The translations under genes and the position numbers were made by a program. 64,000 nt of DNA from Verrucomicrobiia bacterium (GTDB lineage Bacteria; Verrucomicrobiota; Verrucomicrobiia; Limisphaerales; UBA1319): positions 3,840,001-3,904,000 of the forward strand of contig OY760937.1 of assembly GCA_963664225.1 (NCBI GenBank), read 5' to 3'. Below are positions 10,801 to 20,202 of the stretch, one piece after another. The notes beneath the pieces were generated by a model. That model was not told the origin of the DNA. It saw only the letters and a program-made list of their open reading frames with translations, and ran no database searches. Positions within the stretch are counted from its first letter, which is position 1; the number at the start of each line of letters is the position of its first letter.

Positions 10801-11209
10801 ACCTTTCATTCGCCTTTATGGAAGGGACGGGACGCTTTTGAAATCTCTATCAGGCGCTGCGACGGCGCAATTCACAATGACCGCACCAGCGAGCGGCACC
10901 TACATGGTGGTGGTGGGTGACTTGAGTTCTGGTTGGGCCGGCACGGGGACCTATCGGTTGGTGGTTAACGGGCTTTCCGATGGTTTGAAGGTGTGCCTGC
11001 CAACAGTGGCCGGCGGAAACCTGAACCTCATCGGTGTGGGCGGAGTTCCGGGCGCCAATTTCGTACTTTTCACGGCCACGAATATCACCACGCGGTTGGA
11101 CCTCTGGACACCCATCCAGACCAATCAATTCGACCCATACGGAACATTTGCTTATACAAATTTCTTCTCCCCAAACGTTCCGAGGCAATTTTTTCTCATC
11201 CGACAATAA
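7865..11209 (+). CDS. Large secreted protein of about 9 tandem ~114-aa beta-sandwich (PPC-like) repeats
   Basis: Signal peptide after ATG 7865; recurring D-x-D-x-W-T-F...G-x-Y-x-L units; C-terminal W..IQTN...FFLIRQ tail; no catalytic domain recognised. Confidence 0.8.
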   Translation: MTQWLYRAACILLFSLVTTSSLSSVQAQGTLTNGVSQDGAISAAGETDSWTMAAIRGGRITVQIAKLTGGAGFTPMIEMFSSDGLSLGVSSGAVAARLDIQAGTSGNLTVMVSDAHQTGTGNYRLLLAQVPEVFTVPAGDDGGALANGFNHLGTIDLGDLDLWSFTANAGDRIALQISKLTGGAGFAPMIELFGPDGARVGVDSGNLAARVDAQAETSGTYTVLVSARIPDGSGNYQLQLAQIPGSFVIPDGDEGGALSDGVNQSGSITQGDLDLWTFVASPGDHITLDLTKLSGGVGFTPRFELFAPAGGAKASAQGATAATIDTAMEVGGTYTILVSDGTKSGSGTYQLHLTRGTIAPAGANVLTNGATALGSISSAGHEDLWTFAASVGDSIVIRAGETVAGSSLAPQLRLYNPDNVLISSSTAASAAEVAVRATNSGTFTVAIRNNNGGTGTGGYRLSLAKTGSLLNISPTDEGGPLTNGTTYLGTIDTGDIDAWTFTANAGESIVVRMGEVTSSTLTPQLRLYGPDGVLLDSAYAASAAEVTVRATNGGTFVVVAGDLSSGWAGTGNYRLSLAKTGSAPAISPTDEGGPLTNGTTYLGTIDTGDIDAWTFTANAGESIVVRMGEVTSSTLTPQLRLYGPDGVLLDSAYAASAAEVAVRATVSGTFLVVAGDLSSGWAGTGNYRLSLAKTGSAPAISPTDEGGPLTNGTTYLGTIDTGDIDAWTFTANAGDSIVVRMGEVTSSTLTPQLRLYGPDGVLLDSSYASAAAEVVVRATVSGTFLVVAGDLSSGWTGTGNYRLSLAKSDSPLTISPSDEGGTMINGTTYLGTIDTGDIDAWTFTANAGDSIIVRMGELVSSTLTPHLRLYGPDGVLLDSANAATAAEVTVRATNSGTFMVVADDLSSGWTGTGNYRLSLAKTVSPIVVSAGDEGGPMTGGGEYEGMIDTGDIDAWTLTTCAGDILSFQLSELVSGSTLTPFIRLYGRDGTLLKSLSGAATAQFTMTAPASGTYMVVVGDLSSGWAGTGTYRLVVNGLSDGLKVCLPTVAGGNLNLIGVGGVPGANFVLFTATNITTRLDLWTPIQTNQFDPYGTFAYTNFFSPNVPRQFFLIRQ
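9293..10660 (+). repeat. Intragenic tandem repeat, 342-bp period, 4 highly similar copies
   Basis: Marker GA(A/G)GG(C/A)GG recurs at 9293, 9635, 9977, 10319 and 10661. Confidence 0.9.
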
Positions 11210-11455
11210 CGACTTGCCTTTCACGAATACCCGGAGCCCGAAAGAACCGCTTTACCCTGCTTCGTGGGTTGCGAATTCCCTGCTCCAATGAGAACCAGGC
11301 GGCTGTAATTCATTGAGCATGGTGGGCAAATATGAACACGCGCAATTTCCAAAAGTTGGCCTCTTTTGATCGTTCCCGCGGCATTTATTAAGATTTGGGC
11401 TGTTTTACTTTAGGGAAAGCAGCTTTTGTTCCATTCGAGGACGCCGCAAAACCAC

Positions 11456-11471
11456 TGGCACGTTCCGTGCT
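11456..11471 (+). promoter_or_regulatory. sigma54 (-24/-12) promoter of nifA
   Basis: TGGCACGTTCCGTGCT with correct GG-N10-GC spacing. Confidence 0.75.
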
Positions 11472-11569
11472 AAACCTCCGGGGTGCGGAAGATGATGGAT
11501 AAATGTCTGCCGGGATGTCCGGGGATTGATAACAAGGGTGCAAAGCCGTCCTCAACGGAGGGTGCGCCC

Positions 11570-13135
11570 ATGGGGTGTCGCGTTGTGGACGAATTGAGTC
11601 TGCTCTTCGACATTTCCTACACGCTCGAAAGCAGTTCGGATCTGCGTGACGTGATCCGGCCTGTGCTGCTGAAAATGGCGGATGTGCTGGGCATGAAACG
11701 CGGCACCATTACCATACTGAATCGGGATCAAAACGAGGTCAGCATCAGTGAGGCGATTGGCCTGCCCGACGAGCAGAGCCAGCAGGACTATTTGCAGGCG
11801 TGCCGCGAATTAATCCAACAGGCGATCAACACGCGACAGGCGGTGGTGGTCGCGGACATTTCCAGGGAACCGTTGCTGAAGCAACGCTGGGAACAGGAAA
11901 AGAAGCTGGATCCCGCGCTTGCCCGTGCGGCCTACATTTGCGTGCCCATCAAATTTGGCGAGGAGATAGTCGGCGCGTTGAGCGTTGAAAGGCTCCTGGA
12001 CAAACGGGCGGCTTTGTCGTCCGACCGGCGGCTTCTATCGCTCATTGCCAGCGTTATCGCGCAGACCGTTCATTTTCATCGGATCACCCAGGAAAAGGTT
12101 GAGGCCCTCCAGCGCGAAAACAACCGCCTGCAGGAGCAGATTAAAACCAGTTTTCGTCCACCGAACATGATCGGCAATTCGAGCGCCATGCGTTCGGTTT
12201 ACCGGCATATCGAGCAGGTGGCCAACAGCGCCACCACGGTGTTGATTCGCGGGGAAAGCGGTGTGGGCAAGGAACTCGTCGCCCGAGCCCTGCACGAGCA
12301 AAGCCAGCGCAAGGGCAGGGCGTTCGTGAAATTCAACTGCGCCGCGCTGCCGGAGTCGATCGTCGAAAGTGAATTGTTCGGCCACGAGAAAGGGGCGTTC
12401 ACGGGCGCCGTTGCCATGCGCAAAGGCCGCTTTGAAGTGGCCGATGGAGGGACGATATTTCTGGATGAAATCGGCGATGTTTCCGCGACCACGCAGGTGA
12501 AGTTGCTGCGGGTGCTGCAGGAAAAGGAATTTGAGCGCGTGGGCAGCCACACACCCATCCGCTGCAACGTGCGCGTCATAACCGCCACCAGCCGGAACCT
12601 TGAGGAAATGATCGAGCAGGAAAAATTCCGCGCCGATCTATATTACAGGCTCAATGTATTTCCGATATACGTTCCGCCGCTTCGCGACCGAAAATCCGAC
12701 ATGCTCCTGCTGGCGGATTATTTTGTGGAAAAGTATTCCAAACTCAATCAGAAGTCCGTTCGCCGCATTTCAACAGCGGCGATCGACCTGCTGACGAGCT
12801 ACCACTGGCCCGGCAATGTGCGCGAGTTGGAGAACTGCATGGAACGCGCGGTCTTGCTCTGCCAGGACAAGTGTATCGAAGCCCATCACCTGCCGCCAAC
12901 GTTACAGAAGAAGGATGCGTCCGAGAAAAAGTCCGGCGGCACGCTCGATTCCGCGGTTTCCGCGCTCGAATATGAACTCATTGTGGCGGAATTAAAGAAT
13001 TGCGATGGCAACATGGCTGCCGCGGCGCGGAATCTTGGGCTGACGGAACGCCAGATGGGGCTGCGCGTGAAACGGTTTGGAATCGACTATAAGCGCTTCC
13101 GTCTTGGCGGCCCGGAGGAGGCTACATCCGCGTAG
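11570..13135 (+). CDS. nifA: Nif-specific sigma54 activator (GAF-AAA+-HTH)
   Basis: GAF domain, GESGVGKE, GAFTGA, WPGNVRELEN, C-terminal HTH; directly upstream of nifH. Start uncertain (11483-11570); 11570 has a GGAG SD-like site. Confidence 0.85.
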   Translation: MGCRVVDELSLLFDISYTLESSSDLRDVIRPVLLKMADVLGMKRGTITILNRDQNEVSISEAIGLPDEQSQQDYLQACRELIQQAINTRQAVVVADISREPLLKQRWEQEKKLDPALARAAYICVPIKFGEEIVGALSVERLLDKRAALSSDRRLLSLIASVIAQTVHFHRITQEKVEALQRENNRLQEQIKTSFRPPNMIGNSSAMRSVYRHIEQVANSATTVLIRGESGVGKELVARALHEQSQRKGRAFVKFNCAALPESIVESELFGHEKGAFTGAVAMRKGRFEVADGGTIFLDEIGDVSATTQVKLLRVLQEKEFERVGSHTPIRCNVRVITATSRNLEEMIEQEKFRADLYYRLNVFPIYVPPLRDRKSDMLLLADYFVEKYSKLNQKSVRRISTAAIDLLTSYHWPGNVRELENCMERAVLLCQDKCIEAHHLPPTLQKKDASEKKSGGTLDSAVSALEYELIVAELKNCDGNMAAAARNLGLTERQMGLRVKRFGIDYKRFRLGGPEEATSA

Positions 13136-13289
13136 GTTCATCCCTTAAAGCTACTTTAAGGTAGCTTTTAAATTCCTTCTTTGATTCAGCGCTCCACCTT
13201 CTTCCGGTTGCTTCATTCTGTACAATACCCCTGTGTTTGTTGCCTGGTATTCAGTTAAGGAAGCGGCTCCAGGCGCCTGAATAGTCAGA

Positions 13290-13305
13290 TGGCATGCAAG
13301 CTGCA
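13290..13305 (+). promoter_or_regulatory. sigma54 promoter of the nifH operon
   Basis: TGGCATGCAAGCTGCA with GG-N10-GC, 70 nt upstream of nifH. Confidence 0.85.
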
Positions 13306-13360
13306 TAAGGAGTTGTCGGTGAGCGAACAGTCCACCGACAAAGTCAGCCAGAAGAAATGA

Positions 13361-14200
<840 letters not shown>

Positions 14201-14236
14201 ACGGATCGCACCATAAACAAAAAACCCCACAAATAA

Positions 14237-14566
14237 ATGTCAACATTGGTTCAAGCAGTCGTACGTCCGGAAAAAGTTCACGATGTCATGAAGTCCCTTC
14301 TCGAAGCCGGATTTCCCGCGGTGACGAAAATGGATGTGTTCGGTCGCGGCAAACAACGCGGTCTGAAGGTGGGCGAAATCACCTATGACGAATTGCCCAA
14401 GGAATTGCTCCTGGTGGTCGTGCCGGACACCGACAAGGAACTCGTGGTGGAGACCATCGTGAAAACGGCGCGCACCGGCGAAAAAGGCACTTTCGGTGAT
14501 GGCAAGATATTCATCTCGAAAGTCGAGGAAACCTACACCGTCAGCAGCGGGGCAAAGGACGCATGA
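14237..14566 (+). CDS. nifI1: PII-family nitrogen regulator NifI1
   Basis: GRGKQRG..YDELPK and GDGKIF motifs; located between nifH and nifD. Confidence 0.92.
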   Translation: MSTLVQAVVRPEKVHDVMKSLLEAGFPAVTKMDVFGRGKQRGLKVGEITYDELPKELLLVVVPDTDKELVVETIVKTARTGEKGTFGDGKIFISKVEETYTVSSGAKDA

Positions 14567-14940
14567 AAAACATCATCGCCATCATCCGCATGAACAAGGT
14601 CAACGCCACGAAGACCGCATTGATAGACGCCGGTTTCCCGGCTTTCACTGTCCGTAAGGTCCTGGGACGAGGCAAGGGCAATGTGGATTTCCGGGTCATT
14701 CACGGGGCTGAAGCGGGCGCTCCGGAAGCCATTGCCCGCCTGAAGGACGACGGTCCCATGCTCATTCCCAAGCGGATGATGACCATTGCCGCCGAGGATG
14801 GCGCCGTGCCAAAGATCATCGAGGCCATCATCAAAACAAACCAGACCGGCCAGAAGGGCGATGGGAAAATATTCGTTCTGCCCCTGGAGGAAGTGGTTCG
14901 CATCCGCACCGGCGAGCGCGATGCCGCCGCGGTGAACTAA
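14563..14940 (+). CDS. nifI2: PII-family nitrogen regulator NifI2
   Basis: IIRMNKVNATK, long T-loop, GDGKIFV, IRTGE. Confidence 0.92.
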   Translation: MKNIIAIIRMNKVNATKTALIDAGFPAFTVRKVLGRGKGNVDFRVIHGAEAGAPEAIARLKDDGPMLIPKRMMTIAAEDGAVPKIIEAIIKTNQTGQKGDGKIFVLPLEEVVRIRTGERDAAAVN

Positions 14941-14961
14941 ACCATCAACACAAATATTCCT

Positions 14962-16674
14962 ATGCCCGAAACACCTGACGTTACTCCAAGTCCCTTGCCT
15001 TCCGCAGAGCAAGTGCGGGAGGAGATGTTGAAGATCTATCCGGCGAAGACGCGCAAAAAGCGTTCCAAGCAGATGATCGTCAACGACCCTGAAGCCCCGC
15101 CGGAAGTGGCCGCCAACACCCGAACCGTGCCCGGCATCATGACACAACGTGGATGCACCTATGCGGGCTGTCGCGGTGTGGTCATGGGACCGATTTACGA
15201 TCTGCTGCAAATCACTCATGGACCGATTGGCTGCGGCTATTACGCCTGGATGACGCGTCGCAATCTGGCCCGTCCGAAGCCCGGCGAACCGAATTTCATG
15301 CAATACTCCATGTCCACGGACATGCAGGAGGATCAGATCATTTTCGGCGGCGAGAAGAAGTTGAAACAGGCGATCCAGGAGGCATACGACCTGTTCAAAC
15401 CCAAGGCCATTGCGATTCTATCGACCTGCCCGGTGGGGCTCATTGGCGACGATGTTCACGCTGTGGCCCGCGAGATGAAGGAGAAGCTCGGCATCAACGT
15501 CATGGGCTTCAGCTGTGAAGGTTACAAGGGCGTGAGCCAATCCGCCGGCCATCACATCGCCAACAACGGCGTGTTCAAAAACATCATCGGCCTCAATGAC
15601 GAGGCGGACGAGGCGGAGTTCAATCTCAACATCCTTGGCGAATACAACATTGGCGGTGACGCATGGGAAATCGACGGGCTGCTGCGTAAGTGCGGCATCC
15701 ATGTCACCGCGACGTTGAGCGGCGACGTCAATTACACCCAGGTCACCAAGGCTCATACCGCGATGCTCAATGTCGTGATGTGCCACCGCTCCATAAATTA
15801 CATCGCAGAGATGATGGAGAAGAAATTTGGTATTCCCTGGATCAAGGGAAATTTCATTGGCGCGGAATCCACTGCCAAGTCACTGCGCAAGATCGCAAAG
15901 TATTTCGAGAGCAAGAAACTTTCCGATCGCGTGGATGAGATCATCGCCCTGGAAATGCTCAAGCTCAAACCGATCCAGGCGGACATAACCACACGCTGCA
16001 AAGGCAAGAAGGTCGCCCTTTTTGTGGGCGGTTCGCGGGCGCATCATTATCAGGATTTGTTCCGCGACATCGGCATGGAAGTCGTATCCGCTGGCTACGA
16101 ATTTGCTCACCGTGATGACTACGAAGGCCGCAAAGTTTTGCCAAGCATCAAGGTGGACGCCGATAGCCGGAACATTGAGGAACTGCACGTCGAGGCCGAT
16201 CCCGCACGTTTCAAGCCGCGAAAGTCGCCGGAGCAACTGGCCGCGCTCGCGGCAGGCGGATTCACCTTCAAGGATTACGAAGGAATGATGGCGGAAATGA
16301 AAAAAGGCGTGCTGGTTATTGACGACATCAGCCACCACGAGATCGAAAAACTGATCGAGCTTTACAATCCCGACATCATTGGCTCGGGCATCAAAGACAA
16401 GTATGTCATCGAGAAAATGGGCATTCCCTGCAAACAACTGCACAGCTACGACTACGGCGGTCCGTATGCGGGATTCACCGGAGCGATCAATTTCTACCGC
16501 GAGATCGACCGGATGTTGAGCACGAAGGTCTGGAAATACGTCGTGCCGCCCTGGGAAAAGGAACCGCAGCTCACCGCCAGTTTTGGCAGTCCCGCCAAAA
16601 GGAATGGTGTAAAGCGTGAGAGCGAAACGAAATCGTTCGTCCGCCAGCCCGTGGCCACCGTTGACGAAGTCTGA
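14962..16674 (+). CDS. nifD: Nitrogenase MoFe protein alpha chain (anaerobe/group II type with insertion)
   Basis: RGCTYAGC, HGPIGC, QSAGHHIAN, MCHRS (cofactor Cys), QLHSYDY (His); insertion after HRDDYEGR. Confidence 0.98.
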   Translation: MPETPDVTPSPLPSAEQVREEMLKIYPAKTRKKRSKQMIVNDPEAPPEVAANTRTVPGIMTQRGCTYAGCRGVVMGPIYDLLQITHGPIGCGYYAWMTRRNLARPKPGEPNFMQYSMSTDMQEDQIIFGGEKKLKQAIQEAYDLFKPKAIAILSTCPVGLIGDDVHAVAREMKEKLGINVMGFSCEGYKGVSQSAGHHIANNGVFKNIIGLNDEADEAEFNLNILGEYNIGGDAWEIDGLLRKCGIHVTATLSGDVNYTQVTKAHTAMLNVVMCHRSINYIAEMMEKKFGIPWIKGNFIGAESTAKSLRKIAKYFESKKLSDRVDEIIALEMLKLKPIQADITTRCKGKKVALFVGGSRAHHYQDLFRDIGMEVVSAGYEFAHRDDYEGRKVLPSIKVDADSRNIEELHVEADPARFKPRKSPEQLAALAAGGFTFKDYEGMMAEMKKGVLVIDDISHHEIEKLIELYNPDIIGSGIKDKYVIEKMGIPCKQLHSYDYGGPYAGFTGAINFYREIDRMLSTKVWKYVVPPWEKEPQLTASFGSPAKRNGVKRESETKSFVRQPVATVDEV

Positions 16675-16697
16675 CCCCGTAACAAAGGAAAATATTT

Positions 16698-18071
16698 ATG
16701 CTTAACGCAACGACCAGGGAAATCAAACCCCGCGAAGCACTGCGGATCAACCCCGCCAAGACCTGCCAACCCATCGGCGCGATGTATGCCGCGCTCGGCA
16801 TACACGGTTGCATGCCGCATAGCCACGGATCGCAAGGCTGCTGCTCCTATCACCGCAGCCACCTGACGCGGCATTACAAGGAACCGGTCGTTGCCACGAC
16901 CAGTTCCTTCACCGAAGGTGCATCGGTGTTCGGCGGCCTGGCCAATCTTACGCAGGCGTTGTCCAACATCTTCTCGATCTACAACCCGGATATCGTGGCC
17001 ATTCATACCACGTGCCTCTCGGAGGTCATTGGTGATTCCATTCCGACCTTCGTGCAGAAGGCGCGGGACGAAGGCATTGTGCCGCCCGGCAAAATTGTCA
17101 TTCACGCGAACACGCCGAGCTTTGTTGGATCTCATATCACCGGTTTTTCGAACATGACATCGGCCATGGTGCGTTACCTGGCCGAGAAAACGGGGAACGT
17201 CTTTAATCAATTGAACCTCATTCCTGGCTGGGTCGATCCGACGGACATGCGCGAACTGAAACGCATTGCCCGGGAAATGGGCGTGAAGATCGTCATGTTC
17301 CCCGACACGAGCGACGTATTGGACCTACCGCAAACCGGCGTTTATCACATGTATCCCAAAGGCGGAACCACCCTGGCGGAATTGAAATCCATAGGCGACA
17401 GCATGGCGACACTCGCTCTCGGTCATTTCTCCGCGCATCCCGCCGCGATTGAACTTGATGAAAAGTGCAACGTTCCCTGCGCCTTTCTGGAAACACCCAT
17501 CGGTCTTACGCAAACGGACCGTTTCATTCATGCGCTCCGCAACTACGCTGGTGTGGATGTGCCCGCCTCGATCAACTACGAGCGCGGCCGCCTGCTCGAT
17601 GTGATGAGCGACATGCACCAGTACTTCCACGGTAAACGGGTCGCCGTCAGCGGGGATCCTGACAACGTGATCTCGCTCGTGCAATTCCTGGTGGAGTTGG
17701 ACATGAAACCGGTCTATGTCATCACCGGCTCACCCGGCAACCATTTTGAGCAACGCGTGAAGGAGATTTTGAAGGACCAGGCCCCCGACGCGAAGGTCAA
17801 ACAAAACGCGGATTTGTTCGAGTTGCATCAATGGATCAAGAACGAGCCGGTGGATTTGCTCATCACCAATACCTACGGCAAATACATAGCGCGCGCCGAA
17901 AACATCCCGTTCGTGCGTTTTGGTTTCCCAGTGCTCGACCGCATGGGCCATCGGTTGTTCCCAACAGTCGGTTACTCCGGCGCCATGCGACTGCTCGACA
18001 AGATCATCGACGCACTGCTCGACAAGAAAGATCGCGAATGTCCCGAGGAATACTTCGAACTCGTTCAATAG
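16698..18071 (+). CDS. nifK: Nitrogenase MoFe protein beta chain
   Basis: INPAKTCQPIGA, HGSQGCCSYHR, TTCLSEVIGD, GFPVLDR. Confidence 0.98.
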   Translation: MLNATTREIKPREALRINPAKTCQPIGAMYAALGIHGCMPHSHGSQGCCSYHRSHLTRHYKEPVVATTSSFTEGASVFGGLANLTQALSNIFSIYNPDIVAIHTTCLSEVIGDSIPTFVQKARDEGIVPPGKIVIHANTPSFVGSHITGFSNMTSAMVRYLAEKTGNVFNQLNLIPGWVDPTDMRELKRIAREMGVKIVMFPDTSDVLDLPQTGVYHMYPKGGTTLAELKSIGDSMATLALGHFSAHPAAIELDEKCNVPCAFLETPIGLTQTDRFIHALRNYAGVDVPASINYERGRLLDVMSDMHQYFHGKRVAVSGDPDNVISLVQFLVELDMKPVYVITGSPGNHFEQRVKEILKDQAPDAKVKQNADLFELHQWIKNEPVDLLITNTYGKYIARAENIPFVRFGFPVLDRMGHRLFPTVGYSGAMRLLDKIIDALLDKKDRECPEEYFELVQ

Positions 18072-18074
18072 AAT

Positions 18075-18314
18075 ATGAAAATAAGCGCACGCAACAAACT
18101 GCCCGGAAAGATCAAAAAGATCACCGCAGGACCGATTCATGCCGAAGTCATCATTTCCCTCCCTGATGGCATGGAAATAGTCGCCGTCATCACCCGGGAA
18201 TCGGCAAAGTCTCTCGGCCTCAAAAAAGGCATGGAAGTCCGGGCAGTGGTAAAATCCACGGACGTCATGGTGGGCGTTTGCTGCGGTCACGAAGACTGCA
18301 CCTGCACCAAATGA
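18075..18314 (+). CDS. Molbindin/TOBE molybdate-binding protein with Cys/His-rich tail
   Basis: MKISARNKLPG...ITRESAKSLGLKKG..VKSTDV single TOBE domain; tail CCGHEDCTCTK. Confidence 0.9.
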   Translation: MKISARNKLPGKIKKITAGPIHAEVIISLPDGMEIVAVITRESAKSLGLKKGMEVRAVVKSTDVMVGVCCGHEDCTCTK

Positions 18315-18832
18315 ACACACACGCCGCCAGACCCGTTGCGTTCACACTCCGTCCCGCGCTGGAGAGTGACGTGACGGAATTGTTCGCCATGGTTCGCGAG
18401 CTGGCGGTTTTTGAAAAACTGGAGCACGAACTCCAGGTCACTGCGTCAAAGCTTCGCGAGGCGTTGTTTGGCGATCATCCGCTTGGTTTTGCGATCATTG
18501 CAGCCGCTGCCGGTGGAACGGTGGGGTATGCGATTTATTACCGCACCTTTTCTTCGTTCGTCTGTCGTGCCGGGATCTTCCTTGAAGACCTTTACGTGCG
18601 CCCGGCCTTTCGCAGGCAGGGCGTCGGTCGAGCCCTGCTGGAACGTGTGGCGGCCATTGCAACGGAGTCTCATTGCGGACGCCTGGAATGGAATGCGCTG
18701 CGTTGGAATGCAAACGCGCTCCGTTTCTACCGGGGCGTTGGCGCGTTGGAACTCGACGAATGGGTAATGTTGCGAATGGACGAGGGGTCCCTGAATCGCT
18801 TCGCTGCTGGAAAGGAGATCTCCAATTCATGA
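18311..18832 (+). CDS. GNAT N-acetyltransferase (diamine acetyltransferase-like)
   Basis: LEDLYVRPAFRRQGVGRALL and WNANALRFY; ATGA overlaps at both ends. Confidence 0.88.
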   Translation: MNTHAARPVAFTLRPALESDVTELFAMVRELAVFEKLEHELQVTASKLREALFGDHPLGFAIIAAAAGGTVGYAIYYRTFSSFVCRAGIFLEDLYVRPAFRRQGVGRALLERVAAIATESHCGRLEWNALRWNANALRFYRGVGALELDEWVMLRMDEGSLNRFAAGKEISNS

Positions 18833-20202
18833 TCGAAGTACTGCCATCCCGCTCGCCGCAAGTTGTGCGCAAGATCAATGGCGTGGCCACCGCCGACATG
18901 GCGTGCGGCAAGGCGAGCATCGCCGGTTCCGTGAGCCAGCGCGCCTGTGTGTTCTGCGGTTCGCGTGTGGTGCTGTATCCGATTGCCGACGCGCTGCATC
19001 TGGTCCACGGGCCCATTGGTTGTGCGGCTTACACCTGGGACATTCGCGGTGCGTTGTCCAGCGGTCCTCAACTTCATCGCAATAGTTTTTCCACCGACCT
19101 GCAGGAGCTGGATGTGATTTACGGCGGGGAAAAGAAATTGGAGGCCGCGCTGCTCGAACTCATTGCGCACTATCAACCCAAGGCGGCCTTTGTCTATTCC
19201 ACCTGCATTGTGGGATTGATCGGTGACGATGTGGCGGCGGTCTGTAAACGTGTTTCCGCCACAACGGGCATTCCCGTGTTGCCGGTCAATTCCGAGGGAT
19301 TCAAAGGGACCAAGAAGGACGGCTACCACGCGGCATGCGAGGCGATTTACAAATTGATCGGAACGGGCGACATCTCGGCGATCAGCCCTTACAGCATCAA
19401 TATTCTTGGTGAATTCAACCTGGCCGGCGAGACGTGGATTCTCCGCGATTACTATAAGCGCATGGGCATTGAGGTCGTCGCATGCATCACTGGAGATTCG
19501 CGAATCGACGACATCCGTCGCGCGCATGGGGCGAAACTCAACCTGGTTCAATGCTCCGGTTCCATGACCAGCCTTGCGAAAATGATGGAGCGCGACCACG
19601 GCATTACTTTCAAGCGCGTGTCCTATTTCGGCATTGAGGACATGAGCGCCGCGCTTTACGACACGGCCAAATATTTCATCGCCGATCCGCAAATCATGGC
19701 GCGGACGCAGGCATTGGTGCGCGACGAAGTGGCGGCCATCTATCCCGAACTCCAGCGTTACAAACAGAAGCTCGCAGGCAAGAAGGCGGCAATTTACGTC
19801 GGTGGAGCGTTCAAGGCGTTCTCCCTGATGCGCGCATTGAGGCTGATCGGAATGGAAACAGCCATCGTTGGTTCGCAGACCGGTGACAAGGACGATTACC
19901 GCCAACTCCAGGAAATGGCCGATCCCGGAACGATCATTGTGGACGATTCCAATCCGCTCGAACTGGCGAAGTTCTGTCTGGAAAAGGACGTGGACCTGTT
20001 TATCGGAGGCGTGAAAGAACGTCCCATTGCCTACAAACTGGGGATCGGCTTCTGCGACCATAACCACGAGCGTAAGGAACCGCTCGCCGGCTACATCGGC
20101 ATGTTGAATTTCGCAAAGGAGGTTTACGCCAGCGTCGCCAGCCCGGTCTGGCAGTTCGCGCCGCGTCGGGCAAAACGAAACACATTGGAGGCCGCACTAT
20201 GA
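18829..20202 (+). CDS. nifE: FeMo-cofactor scaffold NifE
   Basis: VSQRACVFCGSRVVLYPIADA, HGPIGCA, STCIVGLIGDD; start moved to ATG 18829. Confidence 0.96.
   Translation: MIEVLPSRSPQVVRKINGVATADMACGKASIAGSVSQRACVFCGSRVVLYPIADALHLVHGPIGCAAYTWDIRGALSSGPQLHRNSFSTDLQELDVIYGGEKKLEAALLELIAHYQPKAAFVYSTCIVGLIGDDVAAVCKRVSATTGIPVLPVNSEGFKGTKKDGYHAACEAIYKLIGTGDISAISPYSINILGEFNLAGETWILRDYYKRMGIEVVACITGDSRIDDIRRAHGAKLNLVQCSGSMTSLAKMMERDHGITFKRVSYFGIEDMSAALYDTAKYFIADPQIMARTQALVRDEVAAIYPELQRYKQKLAGKKAAIYVGGAFKAFSLMRALRLIGMETAIVGSQTGDKDDYRQLQEMADPGTIIVDDSNPLELAKFCLEKDVDLFIGGVKERPIAYKLGIGFCDHNHERKEPLAGYIGMLNFAKEVYASVASPVWQFAPRRAKRNTLEAAL

Noticed and set aside
14962..18071. Alternative (V or Fe-only) nitrogenase
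   Set aside because: No vnfG/anfG between D and K; nifEN, molbindin and the NifD-type CHRS ligand context indicate the Mo enzyme
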